DNA of 64,000 nt, taken from positions 469,695 to 533,694 of the forward strand of contig CAVZGV010000003.1 in NCBI GenBank assembly GCA_963774955.1, in the 5' to 3' direction. This document shows, in pieces, positions 30,015 through 39,769 of this stretch. Each line of letters begins with the position of its first letter. The stretch's first letter is position 1. A model generated the notes under the pieces. That model was not told the DNA's origin. It worked only from the letters and a program-made list of their open reading frames with translations, and made no database searches. The position numbers were made by a program, and so were the translations under genes. This stretch comes from Candidatus Falkowbacteria bacterium (GTDB taxonomy: Bacteria; Patescibacteriota; Patescibacteriia; CAIXNZ01).

Positions 30015-31607
30015 TTAAACACATTTGGCCAGTGACATTTTTGTCTGGTTGGGATCAATAGGCACCGGATACTTTCCGGTAAAGCAGGCTGCGCAGAAGT
30101 CTGAAGACCGGAGTCCATGGATTTTAGCGCCCATAGCCAGCATGTCTTTGACAGACAAATAACCGACATAGTCGGCGCCAATGCTTGCCCTGATTTTTTC
30201 AATATCACCATTTAAAGATACCGCCAGTAAATCATCGCGTTCGCAGGTATCTATGCCATAGTAACAGGGGAAAACATAGGGAGGCGAGGTCAGCAGCCAG
30301 GCGATCCTGATTTTGTCGTAGATAGCAGGAAAGTCTTGTTTCAGGGAAGCTCTAGCCATGTTGATCAAAGTGCGCGAAACGTTTGATCTGACCAGGGAAT
30401 CGTCTATGAAAATCAGCCAGATTTCCTGCTCAGTCTTGTTTAACTGCATCAGCTCATCTTCGACAGCCTTAAACAGGTTGAAATACTTTTTCTTGTTTTT
30501 CCCGATACGGTCATCCTTAGAAGGTTCTAAGAATGTTCTGCCGACATGGGGATTTTTGTAAAAGGCTGGAAAGTCGAATGAACGTCCGGGGAATTGCAGG
30601 CTTTGTGCGAATTTATAGCCATGCATGGCCATTTCTCCGGAATTCATAATGGGAATGACAAGGCCGGGTTTGGGATGTTGTTTGAAAAGAATTTTCCCAA
30701 AGTTTTTACGGATAACCGTAACCCGTATATTGTAGCCGGCCTGCAGATAAATATCCTCAAAAATACAAAAAGCTCTTTTTTGAGGCTTTAAACCAATGTG
30801 GATCTTCAGAGTTTTGGCTCCGATTCTGGCTTCAACAATGTTGCCGGGTGTAACATTGCCTAGGAAAGTAGCATCGCGGCCATGCCAGGCAACCGGTTCA
30901 GAAGCAAAAATGAAGCTATCGTGTGTTTCCGCCACTTTGAGCGGTCGAATGCCTTTGGGGTCGCGAAAAGCCCAGATACCATCATTGCTCAGCACCAGGC
31001 AGGAGTAGGCACCGCGGATCATCCCCATGGTTTTTTTGATGGCTGTAACCATCTTGGGCACACCTTTATGGTGCGCCCGAGGCGGATTTTCCAGAAAATA
31101 AACAATGAGCTGTAAAATTAGCTCAGTGTCAGTTTCTGCCTTAAAGTTGGTTATGCCTTTGCTGATCAGAAAATTCCGCAAAGCGACGACATTGGTCAGG
31201 TTGCCGTTATGAACAACGGCGTATCTGGCCTTTAATTTTTCCGAGGCCAAGTAAAAAGGCTGGCAATTTGCCAGTCCAGGAGAATGGTCCTCCATGTCCT
31301 CGGATTCAACCATCGGGTTGATAGGTTTGGGTTTGTTTCTTTCCAGCAAAGTAACGCCGCTGCCAGTGGTGGAGTATCTGTTTTGAAAAATTGCGGCCAG
31401 TCCTTTCTTGACTTCCACCCAGATCAAGTCCACAGCTTCTTTGAACTCGCCGTAACCTTTTTTTGTATGAACATCAATGCCGTCAGTCATGGATACACCG
31501 GCTGATTCATTGCCGCGGTAATTGATCAAGATGCCTGAATTCCTTACCCTTCTGGCTATATGAACCTTTTGGTTCGTTTTAACCACCTCACCACCGATTC
31601 CACACAT
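30015..31607 (-). CDS. purF: Amidophosphoribosyltransferase-like protein (class II glutamine amidotransferase + PRTase)
   Basis: Starts MCGIGG after SD AAGGAGG. NRYSTTG, HNGNLTN, RDPKGIRPL, CIFEDIY, IDDSLVR, PCYYGID, CAACFTGKYP. Confidence 0.85.
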   Translation of the reverse strand: MCGIGGEVVKTNQKVHIARRVRNSGILINYRGNESAGVSMTDGIDVHTKKGYGEFKEAVDLIWVEVKKGLAAIFQNRYSTTGSGVTLLERNKPKPINPMVESEDMEDHSPGLANCQPFYLASEKLKARYAVVHNGNLTNVVALRNFLISKGITNFKAETDTELILQLIVYFLENPPRAHHKGVPKMVTAIKKTMGMIRGAYSCLVLSNDGIWAFRDPKGIRPLKVAETHDSFIFASEPVAWHGRDATFLGNVTPGNIVEARIGAKTLKIHIGLKPQKRAFCIFEDIYLQAGYNIRVTVIRKNFGKILFKQHPKPGLVIPIMNSGEMAMHGYKFAQSLQFPGRSFDFPAFYKNPHVGRTFLEPSKDDRIGKNKKKYFNLFKAVEDELMQLNKTEQEIWLIFIDDSLVRSNVSRTLINMARASLKQDFPAIYDKIRIAWLLTSPPYVFPCYYGIDTCERDDLLAVSLNGDIEKIRASIGADYVGYLSVKDMLAMGAKIHGLRSSDFCAACFTGKYPVPIDPNQTKMSLAKCV

Positions 31608-31740
31608 GAGTCCCTCCTTTAATGGGTAGGCTACTGGTATTATCAAGATTTCCCTATATCAGAAAAATTGTAAATGAACTTTACTGATTATAGCTTAGGC
31701 CTGCTTGGCAAAAAAGTCAATTTTTGCTAAGATTAGAATA

Positions 31741-31773
31741 TCCACCTTGGCTCTCCGAGCTACGGTGGACAAG
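31741..31773. repeat. Small palindromic REP-like element
   Basis: TCCACC-TTGGCTCTCCGAGCTAC-GGTGGA(CAAG). Confidence 0.5.
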
Positions 31774-31857
31774 TAGATTTAAGATATAAGATCTAAGATT
31801 TAAGTTAAATTAAAGCAATTAAGCGTGCTTAAATCGTAAATCCTAAATCTTAAATCC
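31774..31857. repeat. Inverted arrays of 7-bp tandem repeats upstream of serS
   Basis: (AAGAT[TAC]T)x4 ... (AAATC[GCT]T)x4; the arms are reverse complements. Confidence 0.75.
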
Positions 31858-31865
31858 AATAAAAT

Positions 31866-33185
31866 ATGTTAGATATAAATTACATCAGAGAAAATTTAAA
31901 GGACATTAAAAAGGCTGCTAAAAATAAGAAAATAGGAATTGACCTGGATAAGCTTTTGAAATTAGATGAAAAGAGACGCCAATTAATCCAGGAAATGGAT
32001 TTATTGCGTAGTAAACGAAATGAAAATGCTGATTTGCTTAAAGACCCCAAAAAACGTACGGACAAGCTGATTAGCGAGGGTAGGGAGCTGAAAGATAAAG
32101 TTTCCGCCTTAGAGCAGGAACAGCAGGGCGTCTTGGCTGAGTATGAAGAATTGATGGTCAAAGTGCCGACTATACCTTCTGCTGACACGCCTATCGGTAA
32201 GGATGAGAGTGAAAATGTGGAAGTTTATAAATGGGGTGAACCCACTAAATTTGATTTTAAGCCTAAATCATACATGGACTTGGTTGAAAGTTTGGATTTA
32301 GTTGATATTGAAAGAGGCGCCAAAGTAGCCGGTTATCGTGGCTATTACTTAAAAAATGAAGCAGTCATGCTGCAAATGGGTTTAATGATGCATGCCTTAA
32401 CTAAATTAATTGCTAAAGGGTTTGTTCCGATTATACCCCCAACACTTGTTAAAGAGTTTGTTTTATTCGGTAGCGGTTATTTTGCCGGCAGAAATTACAA
32501 TTCATCTGTAGATGAAATTTATAAGATTGCCAATGAGGAAAAACTAGCTGACGGCACCCTTAAAAAAGAAGATAAATTTTTAGTGGGGACGGCAGAGCCG
32601 TCTTTGTTATCATATTATGCAGATGAGATTTTAGATGAAAAACAATTGCCCATTAAATTTGTGGGGTTTTCCCCATGTTATCGTAGTGAAATCGGCAGTT
32701 ATGGCAAGGATACCAAGGGTATTTACCGCGTTCATGAATTCATGAAAGTGGAGCAGGTCTGCTTAACCAAGGCTGATATTAAGGAATCAGATAAAATGCA
32801 TCAGGCCATGATTGAAATTTCCAAGGAAATACATGAAGAATTGAAAGTGCCTTATCGTTTATTACAGATTTGTACCGGTGATATGAGCGCCGGCAAGTAT
32901 AAGATGTTTGATATAGAAGCTTGGATGCCAAGCCGAAATAGTTATGGGGAAACTGGCTCAGCGTCAAATTTTCTGGATTGGCAGGCTCGTCGTTTAAATG
33001 TTAAATATAAAGATGCCGAAGGCGATAAAAAATATGTGCATATGATAAATAATACTGCCATAGCAAGCCCCAGGTTCTTAATTGCTTTATTAGAAAATTA
33101 TCAAAATAAGGATGGTTCAGTTACTATACCTGAAGTTTTAAAGTCATATTTAGGGAATCAAGATAAAATAAAGCCAAGAAAATAG
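31866..33185 (+). CDS. serS: Serine--tRNA ligase
   Basis: MLDI start, coiled-coil arm, GTAE, CYRSEIG, RVHEFMKVE, DWQARRL. Confidence 0.97.
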   Translation: MLDINYIRENLKDIKKAAKNKKIGIDLDKLLKLDEKRRQLIQEMDLLRSKRNENADLLKDPKKRTDKLISEGRELKDKVSALEQEQQGVLAEYEELMVKVPTIPSADTPIGKDESENVEVYKWGEPTKFDFKPKSYMDLVESLDLVDIERGAKVAGYRGYYLKNEAVMLQMGLMMHALTKLIAKGFVPIIPPTLVKEFVLFGSGYFAGRNYNSSVDEIYKIANEEKLADGTLKKEDKFLVGTAEPSLLSYYADEILDEKQLPIKFVGFSPCYRSEIGSYGKDTKGIYRVHEFMKVEQVCLTKADIKESDKMHQAMIEISKEIHEELKVPYRLLQICTGDMSAGKYKMFDIEAWMPSRNSYGETGSASNFLDWQARRLNVKYKDAEGDKKYVHMINNTAIASPRFLIALLENYQNKDGSVTIPEVLKSYLGNQDKIKPRK

Positions 33186-33364
33186 TTTTTTTTGCTAAAA
33201 TTAGCCAATAAATTTAAAATTCAGCCAAATAAACAGGGGATAGGGTGCCTTTTATTATTGTTTGAATAACTTATTTATCCGCCCGAATATAATCAATAAA
33301 TACGGGTATTTACTTGAAGAATGCTTTGGATAAATTTTGTGTTCATAAAAATAATCTCTATAAC

Positions 33365-34300
33365 ATGTGGCGCAGTAAAAATAAAAATAAATTATTCAAA
33401 CCTAAAGTTTATAAGATTGAAAAGCCCAAAATTAAGTATAAGAATCCTTTATCTTTTAAAAAGGGTATTTTTAAATTGAGAGTTGTTAAAATTGTCAATT
33501 TAATCTTATTGTTAGGTATTTTGGGCTGTTTTTATTTTTTTATTTTTTCACCATTTTATGATATTTCGGAAATTATAGTTAGCGGTAATAAAATAGCCTC
33601 TACAGAGGATATTTTAGAGGTAGCTACCAATTATCTAGCTCAAAACAGGGCAGTTATCTTAAAAAATCGGAATATTTTCCTTTTAAATGAAAAGCAATTG
33701 ACTCAGAAGATCAATGAATTAATTTTATTAGACAACTTGGAGATTAATAAAAGGTTACCAAATACGATTAGATTAACTTTGACTGAAAAGGACGCCGCCG
33801 TTAAGTGGTTAACTAATAATGAATCATATTTAATTGATAGTAACGGTCAAATTATCAAAAAATACTACAAAATAGTCACTCCAGATATCTTTTCTTTAAG
33901 TACGGATCCGGATAGGCAAATTCCGCCTCTAGATGATGACATTTTAGTAAGTATGCTTAATTTGGCCAATCAGCCTGTTAATTTAGGTGATAAAGTCTTA
34001 AATCCTCAGAATATGACCTTTATCAAGGATTTGTTGAATAATATGGCTGTAAATGGCTATAAAATCAATAAAATTGAGGTTCCAAACAATTTTCCGCAAT
34101 ATTTAAGCTTAAATATCAACGAAGGCTGGCTAATTCATTTTAGTTTAAATGATACTTTAGCCGCTCAATTGGCCAGATTAAATTTATTAATTGATAAGAA
34201 AATTAACAAATCAAATTTAATTCGGCTGGAATATATTGATTTACGTTTGGGAGAAAGTATTTATTATAAGTTTAAGGGGCAAGAACAGATAAAGCCCTAA
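33365..34300 (+). CDS. ftsQ: Cell division protein FtsQ/DivIB
   Basis: Basic N-terminus, single TM, POTRA (IIVSGN...KRLPNTIRLTLTE), C-terminal EYIDLR. Confidence 0.8.
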   Translation: MWRSKNKNKLFKPKVYKIEKPKIKYKNPLSFKKGIFKLRVVKIVNLILLLGILGCFYFFIFSPFYDISEIIVSGNKIASTEDILEVATNYLAQNRAVILKNRNIFLLNEKQLTQKINELILLDNLEINKRLPNTIRLTLTEKDAAVKWLTNNESYLIDSNGQIIKKYYKIVTPDIFSLSTDPDRQIPPLDDDILVSMLNLANQPVNLGDKVLNPQNMTFIKDLLNNMAVNGYKINKIEVPNNFPQYLSLNINEGWLIHFSLNDTLAAQLARLNLLIDKKINKSNLIRLEYIDLRLGESIYYKFKGQEQIKP

Positions 34301-34349
34301 GCCAAACCTGCAAATTCAGATTCGGTGAAGTAGTTGGGGATAAAGGGAT

Positions 34350-34378
34350 TTGACGTAAATAGTCCATAATTATATACT
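34350..34378 (+). promoter_or_regulatory. Sigma70 promoter of the xer gene
   Basis: TTGACG-17 bp-TATACT. Confidence 0.65.
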
Positions 34379-34385
34379 GATAGTA

Positions 34386-34413
34386 ACTTCGCATAATATA
34401 GCTTAAACGCACT
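34386..34413 (+). other. dif-like Xer recombination/binding site
   Basis: ACTTCGCATAA-TATAGC-TTAAACGCACT has 11-6-11 architecture; the left arm resembles XerC arms of known dif sites. Confidence 0.55.
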
Positions 34414-34419
34414 TAGGAT

Positions 34420-35400
34420 ATGGCTAATAACGATAAAACCTTAATTAGTTATATTCCAGGCTTTCTGGAGTTTTTAGAGGTGGAAAAAGGATTAGCCCAT
34501 CTTAGTGTAAAGAATTATGATCGATTTTTAAATAAATTTAAAATCTGGCTGGATAAAAATTATCACAATTTAAAGCCTGCTGATTTTACCGGCGATATTC
34601 TTTACCAATTCAGGATCTATTTATCACGTCTAGATGTGAATAATAAAACCGGCCAAAACCTTAAAAAATCAACTCAAAATTACTATTTAATCGCTTTACG
34701 CAATTTTTTAGCCTATTTGATTGAAAAGGATATAAATACCCTACCTCCTAATAAAGTTAAGCTGGCTAAGGATAAATCACAGGATAGAGTCGTAAAATTT
34801 TTAAGCCTGGAACAGTTGAAAAGGCTTTTAGCCGGACCTGAAACTAAAGATATAAGAGGTTTAAGGGATCGGGCTATTTTGGAAACACTTTTTAGTACGG
34901 GTTTACGCATTGCTGAATTAGTCGCCCTAAATCGCGAGCAATTCAATTTAAAGGTTATTTCCAATACTAAATTAGATTCCTTAGAATTAACGATTGTCGG
35001 CAAAGGCAGTCATCCCCGCCCGGTGTATTTTTCTCGTCGCTGTCTTGATTGGTTGATTAGATATTTGAATGCGCGTAAGGACATGGATAAGCCATTATTT
35101 GCCGGCCATGGACCAAATTCCAGTTCGACCGAAGAAAGCCGTTTAACTCCGAGGGCAATTGAGAATTTACTAGGTAAATACAGCAAAATAGCCGGCTTGC
35201 CATTTATGGCCACGCCGCATACTTTAAGGCATACCTATGCTACTGATTTATTGAACCAGGGTGCTGATTTAAGGACAGTGCAGGAATTTTTAGGCCATAA
35301 GAATATAATGACCACACAAATATACACGCATGTTACCAACAAGAGATTGAAAGATCTGCATCAGAAATTTCATAGCGGCAAGGATTTAAATAATGATTGA
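34420..35400 (+). CDS. xerC: Tyrosine recombinase, XerC/XerD family
   Basis: RDRAILETLFSTGLRIAEL, GKG, TPHTLRHTYAT, LGHKNIMTTQIYTHV. Confidence 0.9.
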   Translation: MANNDKTLISYIPGFLEFLEVEKGLAHLSVKNYDRFLNKFKIWLDKNYHNLKPADFTGDILYQFRIYLSRLDVNNKTGQNLKKSTQNYYLIALRNFLAYLIEKDINTLPPNKVKLAKDKSQDRVVKFLSLEQLKRLLAGPETKDIRGLRDRAILETLFSTGLRIAELVALNREQFNLKVISNTKLDSLELTIVGKGSHPRPVYFSRRCLDWLIRYLNARKDMDKPLFAGHGPNSSSTEESRLTPRAIENLLGKYSKIAGLPFMATPHTLRHTYATDLLNQGADLRTVQEFLGHKNIMTTQIYTHVTNKRLKDLHQKFHSGKDLNND

Positions 35401-35947
35401 AATTATAATGGATAAAAGTACAGAATCATTATTAAATATTTTTTATTCAAATTCCCCGTTGAATATAGATTATCAGGCAATTGATGAATTAGAATATTTA
35501 ATAGATGAACATTTAATCGTGGTTACCTTAACGCAATTATGTAATGTCAGAAAGTTGCATGAAATTATTGATAAAATAAATAGCGGAAATATAAAAGCCA
35601 TTGATTATCAAGGCGGCGGCATAAAACATATGGCACTTAAAAAACTGGGCGAAGATTTACTTTTAAATCTTAATAAAAAGGCCAAAATTGAAAGTCTATT
35701 TAATAATCGGTACCCGGATGTGATTTCCTTAGATTTAAAGGTTATTATTGAATGCGGCGATACTGATCCTAATAAAATCTTAGAGTATTTTAATTCCGGT
35801 GTGGAAAGTGTGATTATACTCCCCTATCCCAATTCCGAAGAAGTGAATTATTATGAATTTAGCTATAAAGACTTGAAAGAAGTACAAGAATATATTAAAA
35901 ATAGTTATTTTAATGATAAAATTAAGCAGATAATAAACAGAAGATAA
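35393..35947 (+). CDS. Hypothetical protein, possible PD-(D/E)xK nuclease fold
   Basis: Very AT-rich; overlaps the xer stop; YPDVI...IIECG motif. Confidence 0.5.
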   Translation: MIEIIMDKSTESLLNIFYSNSPLNIDYQAIDELEYLIDEHLIVVTLTQLCNVRKLHEIIDKINSGNIKAIDYQGGGIKHMALKKLGEDLLLNLNKKAKIESLFNNRYPDVISLDLKVIIECGDTDPNKILEYFNSGVESVIILPYPNSEEVNYYEFSYKDLKEVQEYIKNSYFNDKIKQIINRR

Positions 35948-36030
35948 CATGTTATTAATGACTAAAATAGCTGTTATTGTGCGACTCATACACTTAAACA
36001 CAGACAAGCTATCTAAGGACTCCTCTATCC

Positions 36031-36062
36031 AAAAAAAAGAGACTATATATAGCCTCTTTTTT
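36031..36062. terminator. Bidirectional terminator
   Basis: AAAAAAAAGAG(A)CTAT / ATAG(C)CTCTTTTTT between convergent genes. Confidence 0.7.
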
Positions 36063-36079
36063 GTTTTATAGAATAAAAT

Positions 36080-37177
36080 TTAATTACCACCGCCTGATGC
36101 TTTGCATTGATTAAAAAACTTCATTGCTTTTTGACCATAAGCTGCAGCTTTAGCTCCCCCACCATTATAGCGGGCAAATGCAGTTTGATAGTCTGAACCA
36201 TTAAATTTGCTTTTCCATAGCTTTAAGGATGTTTCAATATTCTTTTTGACACTTAAAGCCATTCTGGGCGTGAAACATTCTCCGGAAAACTTACGACTTA
36301 CCACAGTTGCATTGTTATTGCAGGTTTCCCAATATTTATAGCCTTTGGGAAAGAAAGTTAATTGACCCAATCCAATGCCATGGGAGTAGCGCCAATCTAA
36401 CCCTAAATCTTCAGTATTTTGAATAGGTTCTTTGGGGCATTTGGTATCACCTCCATATTGTCCTTTCATTTTTCTGTATGCTTCAGTTGCGCTGGAACTG
36501 ATATCATGTCCTATTGCATTAGGTTTACCAGCAGATTCCATTTTAAATTTGGTCACAATAACGCACGGGTCAATTCCTAATTGTTTGGCAATTTCCTTGC
36601 CTAATTTTAAAATTTCATCACTAGTCATGTTAGATTGATCAATATCTTCTCCCATGCTTTCCATCATAAGGTTTACTAATTCAGGCGGTACATATGAGAT
36701 GCCCAATAGTTTTTGAATTTGAGGTGTTTTTAATTCTTTGATGCCAACAAAAGAAAGAAAGATATAGCTAAATAGAATTATCCCCAAACCAATTACACCA
36801 TGGGTAATATAATCCTTGGCATTTTGAATAAGTTTTTTGTCTCCACCTGAAATAGCCCATAAAGCTCCTGCAAAGATCATGATCGCTAAAATAATAGGAA
36901 TAATAATATAGAGTGCCATTTTGTATATGTTGAAAATATAATCACCGATATCCCTTGCCTTTATATAACCAAAAATTGGAACTTGTAATTCAATGGTACC
37001 TTCATCTGCGGCTGCTTGTTCTGCTAAATCCGGATCAATATTTGAAAAACCTATGGATGCAGGAGCTTCTTCTGGAAGTTCAGCTTTAACTATAACTGGC
37101 AAAAAACAAATAATTACAAAGATGGCAAAGCTAAGTATCATTAAATATTTTTTTCTATTGTAATTTAATTTTTTCAT
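36080..37177 (-). CDS. VirB2/T4SS-pilin-like membrane domain fused to lytic transglycosylase (SLT)
   Basis: Pilin-like TM hairpin. C-terminal MESAG (catalytic E), GLGQL, ARYNGG. Confidence 0.8.
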   Translation of the reverse strand: MKKLNYNRKKYLMILSFAIFVIICFLPVIVKAELPEEAPASIGFSNIDPDLAEQAAADEGTIELQVPIFGYIKARDIGDYIFNIYKMALYIIIPIILAIMIFAGALWAISGGDKKLIQNAKDYITHGVIGLGIILFSYIFLSFVGIKELKTPQIQKLLGISYVPPELVNLMMESMGEDIDQSNMTSDEILKLGKEIAKQLGIDPCVIVTKFKMESAGKPNAIGHDISSSATEAYRKMKGQYGGDTKCPKEPIQNTEDLGLDWRYSHGIGLGQLTFFPKGYKYWETCNNNATVVSRKFSGECFTPRMALSVKKNIETSLKLWKSKFNGSDYQTAFARYNGGGAKAAAYGQKAMKFFNQCKASGGGN

Positions 37178-37185
37178 AAATTATT

Positions 37186-38286
37186 TTATTTGGCGCAAGG
37201 ACCGAGCCATTCAAAATGCATATTATCGCATTTGCTCTTATAATCCCCTCCCCAGCGAAAGCCAGGTGTCGATTTGAAGGCATTTATCACCGCTGTCGGA
37301 ATGTTTGGTTTACAGTTACATTTGCTTCGGCTGGCATTGTCACAGGCGCCGCATTCCCAGGGGCTGATATCAAGAGCAATGCCAAAAGAATGAAAACTGC
37401 GGTTTGTTGCTGACGGGCCATGTCCAGTATTAACCATGCGCCAATTAAAAGTACCGTTTATACTGACATTTTTGCCGCAGGTTAATTTTTGGCCTGTTGG
37501 TATTTTACTGCACGCTTGTTTATAGGCATCAGCTGCTAATTGATGAACTTTTAAAGTCCCGTTTAAACCCGGACAAGGCACACTAACTAATTTGCTTTGT
37601 ACTACACTGCTCGAATTGCCAAAGGTGCTATAATAACAGGCTTGGCCCTGTGAACCAATAGTACCACCCGAAATTTCTGAATTGTCAGTAGGCACCGCTT
37701 CTTCCAAATCGATCAGTTTAAATTCCTCTATTTTTTGGGCAGCTATATATTCTATGGTCGGTTCTTTTAACTCTTTAATCCCCACTATTGATAATAAAAC
37801 ATAACTAAATATAACTATGCCCAAACCTATAAATCCTTGGATTATTTGCGAAATGGCTTTTTTCTTTTGTGATTCATTAAAACCGGAAGACATCCAGAGC
37901 ATGCCCCCATACATAACAACAATAATTAATAAAGGCACTATAATATAAAGAGCTGAGCTGTAAATAGTTAATATGTATTGAGCCATGCCTGAAACCTTGG
38001 TAAAAGTGAAAATCGGAATATTTAATTCAATTTCGTTGGGTTCTATTGTTCCTGTTGGCTTTTGGACACCTGGGCAGCAGATCAAACCATTGCATAAGGT
38101 ATTATCTGGATCAGGAGTTTCTCCATCCCCACATTGGTATTCGCAATGGCCAATGGTGTCAGGATATTTTTCTAGGCAGGTTTTAGCCTGACATAACTGT
38201 ATATTTACACAAAAAAATAGTATCAAAAAAAAGATAGCAGAAAATAGTTGTATTGTTTTTTGTTTTTTAAATTTTTTTATTGACAT
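37186..38286 (-). CDS. VirB2/T4SS-pilin-like domain fused to M15 (L-Ala-D-Glu endopeptidase-like) metallopeptidase
   Basis: Pilin-like TM hairpin; SFHSFGIALDI, WGGDY, DNMHFE. Confidence 0.8.
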   Translation of the reverse strand: MSIKKFKKQKTIQLFSAIFFLILFFCVNIQLCQAKTCLEKYPDTIGHCEYQCGDGETPDPDNTLCNGLICCPGVQKPTGTIEPNEIELNIPIFTFTKVSGMAQYILTIYSSALYIIVPLLIIVVMYGGMLWMSSGFNESQKKKAISQIIQGFIGLGIVIFSYVLLSIVGIKELKEPTIEYIAAQKIEEFKLIDLEEAVPTDNSEISGGTIGSQGQACYYSTFGNSSSVVQSKLVSVPCPGLNGTLKVHQLAADAYKQACSKIPTGQKLTCGKNVSINGTFNWRMVNTGHGPSATNRSFHSFGIALDISPWECGACDNASRSKCNCKPNIPTAVINAFKSTPGFRWGGDYKSKCDNMHFEWLGPCAK

Positions 38287-38300
38287 CTAATTAGATAATT

Positions 38301-39281
38301 TTAATGCCCGCTTGGTGAAAAGTGCCAAGGTTCGCTAACCTTTCCACCTTTGATTTCGGCTTTTAAGCCGGCAGCATTAAAACATTTTTTTAAGATTTGA
38401 TCAGAGTTTGCCCATGTCCCTACCCTGCCACCGTCAATTCTGACATCAAAAGCAGCACCTGTCCCATGATTAGAACAACATGGATTGGCTGCCCAACCTG
38501 GATCTTTAGTTTTAAAAGTTGTATATTGTGCTGCTGCTGAGCGCCAGCCGCTTCCAGTTATAGTATGACCAGTTGTGGATTTGACACATTCTGCCGCTTT
38601 TATAAAAGCAGCTAAACCAGCTTCTGAGGCAAAAAGACCACCACCAGCACCATATTTCCCCATGGGTACAATTTTCATACCTGGAGGTGCATTATTTCCC
38701 AAGGCTTTGCATTTTAGACCAATATCTTCACGATAACCCTTATAACCTCTGGCAGGATATTGATCACAAATTGCCTGATATGGATTAGCTCCAAATTCAC
38801 CCGAAGATGCGCTGGTTGTTTGGCCGCTTGTATCAGAAGCATCAAACTCAAGCTCCTTTAAGTCAAATTCTGGGATCTCTTCGCCTTTTATAGTTTGAAG
38901 TCCGGGTAAATTTAATGTTGTTAAGCCGATAAATGACAAAATAGCATAGCTCAAGGCAGCCAGTACAAGTCCTAAAATAGCGCTGGTAATATAAGTTTTT
39001 GCTGTTTTAATTGCCGGCGGATAGGCGCCTGAAAAGACCCACATAAAGCCGCCCCACATAATCATAACTATAGCTATAGGTACAATTAAGAATAAGGCAT
39101 ACTCAAAAATTTTGCCTATATATTCGGCTATATTTGTGGCTTTAGTATAACCAAATATCGGCACCTGGAGATCAAGGTTTGGTTGATCGGCAGAAACAAC
39201 AGGGACTGAAATTAAAAAGTAAAAAACCAGGCAGCTGCAGATAACCAATTTAAATATTAATTTTAGATATATATTTTTCAT
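38301..39281 (-). CDS. VirB2/T4SS-pilin-like domain fused to M15B (VanY-like D,D-carboxypeptidase)
   Basis: Pilin-like TM hairpin; SGWRS..Q, SNHGTGAAFDV, EPWHF. Confidence 0.8.
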   Translation of the reverse strand: MKNIYLKLIFKLVICSCLVFYFLISVPVVSADQPNLDLQVPIFGYTKATNIAEYIGKIFEYALFLIVPIAIVMIMWGGFMWVFSGAYPPAIKTAKTYITSAILGLVLAALSYAILSFIGLTTLNLPGLQTIKGEEIPEFDLKELEFDASDTSGQTTSASSGEFGANPYQAICDQYPARGYKGYREDIGLKCKALGNNAPPGMKIVPMGKYGAGGGLFASEAGLAAFIKAAECVKSTTGHTITGSGWRSAAAQYTTFKTKDPGWAANPCCSNHGTGAAFDVRIDGGRVGTWANSDQILKKCFNAAGLKAEIKGGKVSEPWHFSPSGH

Positions 39282-39724
39282 TAGGTAATTTTATTAAAAA
39301 ATATTTGTTTCAACCAGCGGGTAGATATAAAAAACAGCAAGGCAAAAATCAGATTGGTTGGTTCGATTTTTTGAGGATTCAGAATAAAGCCAATCAGTAA
39401 GATAAGGACACTGCCGCCGTAAATTATAATATCGACCATGAAAAAGTCAAAGCTGGTAATAATAATCTCAAATTGAGTTCTCCCCCGTTCCCTTTCCCGG
39501 CTAAGCCGAAAATAATTTGTGGTTAAAGCCAAAAATAAGGCTAATAATAAAATCGTCGCCGGAAACCAAAATACAATAATTTGGCCGACGGTATCAATTA
39601 GATTGGGGAAAAAATACCAGACTATAATTACCGTGCCGATTATCAGCCAGACCAAATATACACTTACCAAATTTTGGATAAATTTTTTAAATTTTTCATA
39701 GCCGGTGGATTCTGGATAAGACAT
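39281..39724 (-). CDS. Hypothetical 4-TM membrane protein
   Basis: Four hydrophobic segments; coupled (TAATG) to the next gene. Confidence 0.7.
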   Translation of the reverse strand: MSYPESTGYEKFKKFIQNLVSVYLVWLIIGTVIIVWYFFPNLIDTVGQIIVFWFPATILLLALFLALTTNYFRLSRERERGRTQFEIIITSFDFFMVDIIIYGGSVLILLIGFILNPQKIEPTNLIFALLFFISTRWLKQIFFNKIT

Positions 39725-39769
39725 TCAATTTAAATTAAAAGTCAGAAATAAAATCTATAGTAATAATAA

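Noticed and set aside
31774-31857. CRISPR array
   Set aside because: Units are 7 bp with no unique spacers, and there are no cas genes.
7251-33238. 17-bp similarity CCCTGTTTGTTTGGTTG (7251) vs reverse complement at 33222-33238
   Set aside because: Only two imperfect copies with no shared context; could be chance.
34420-35947. Prophage or integron integrase island
   Set aside because: The protein looks like a chromosomal Xer. No phage genes, attC sites or flanking direct repeats were seen.
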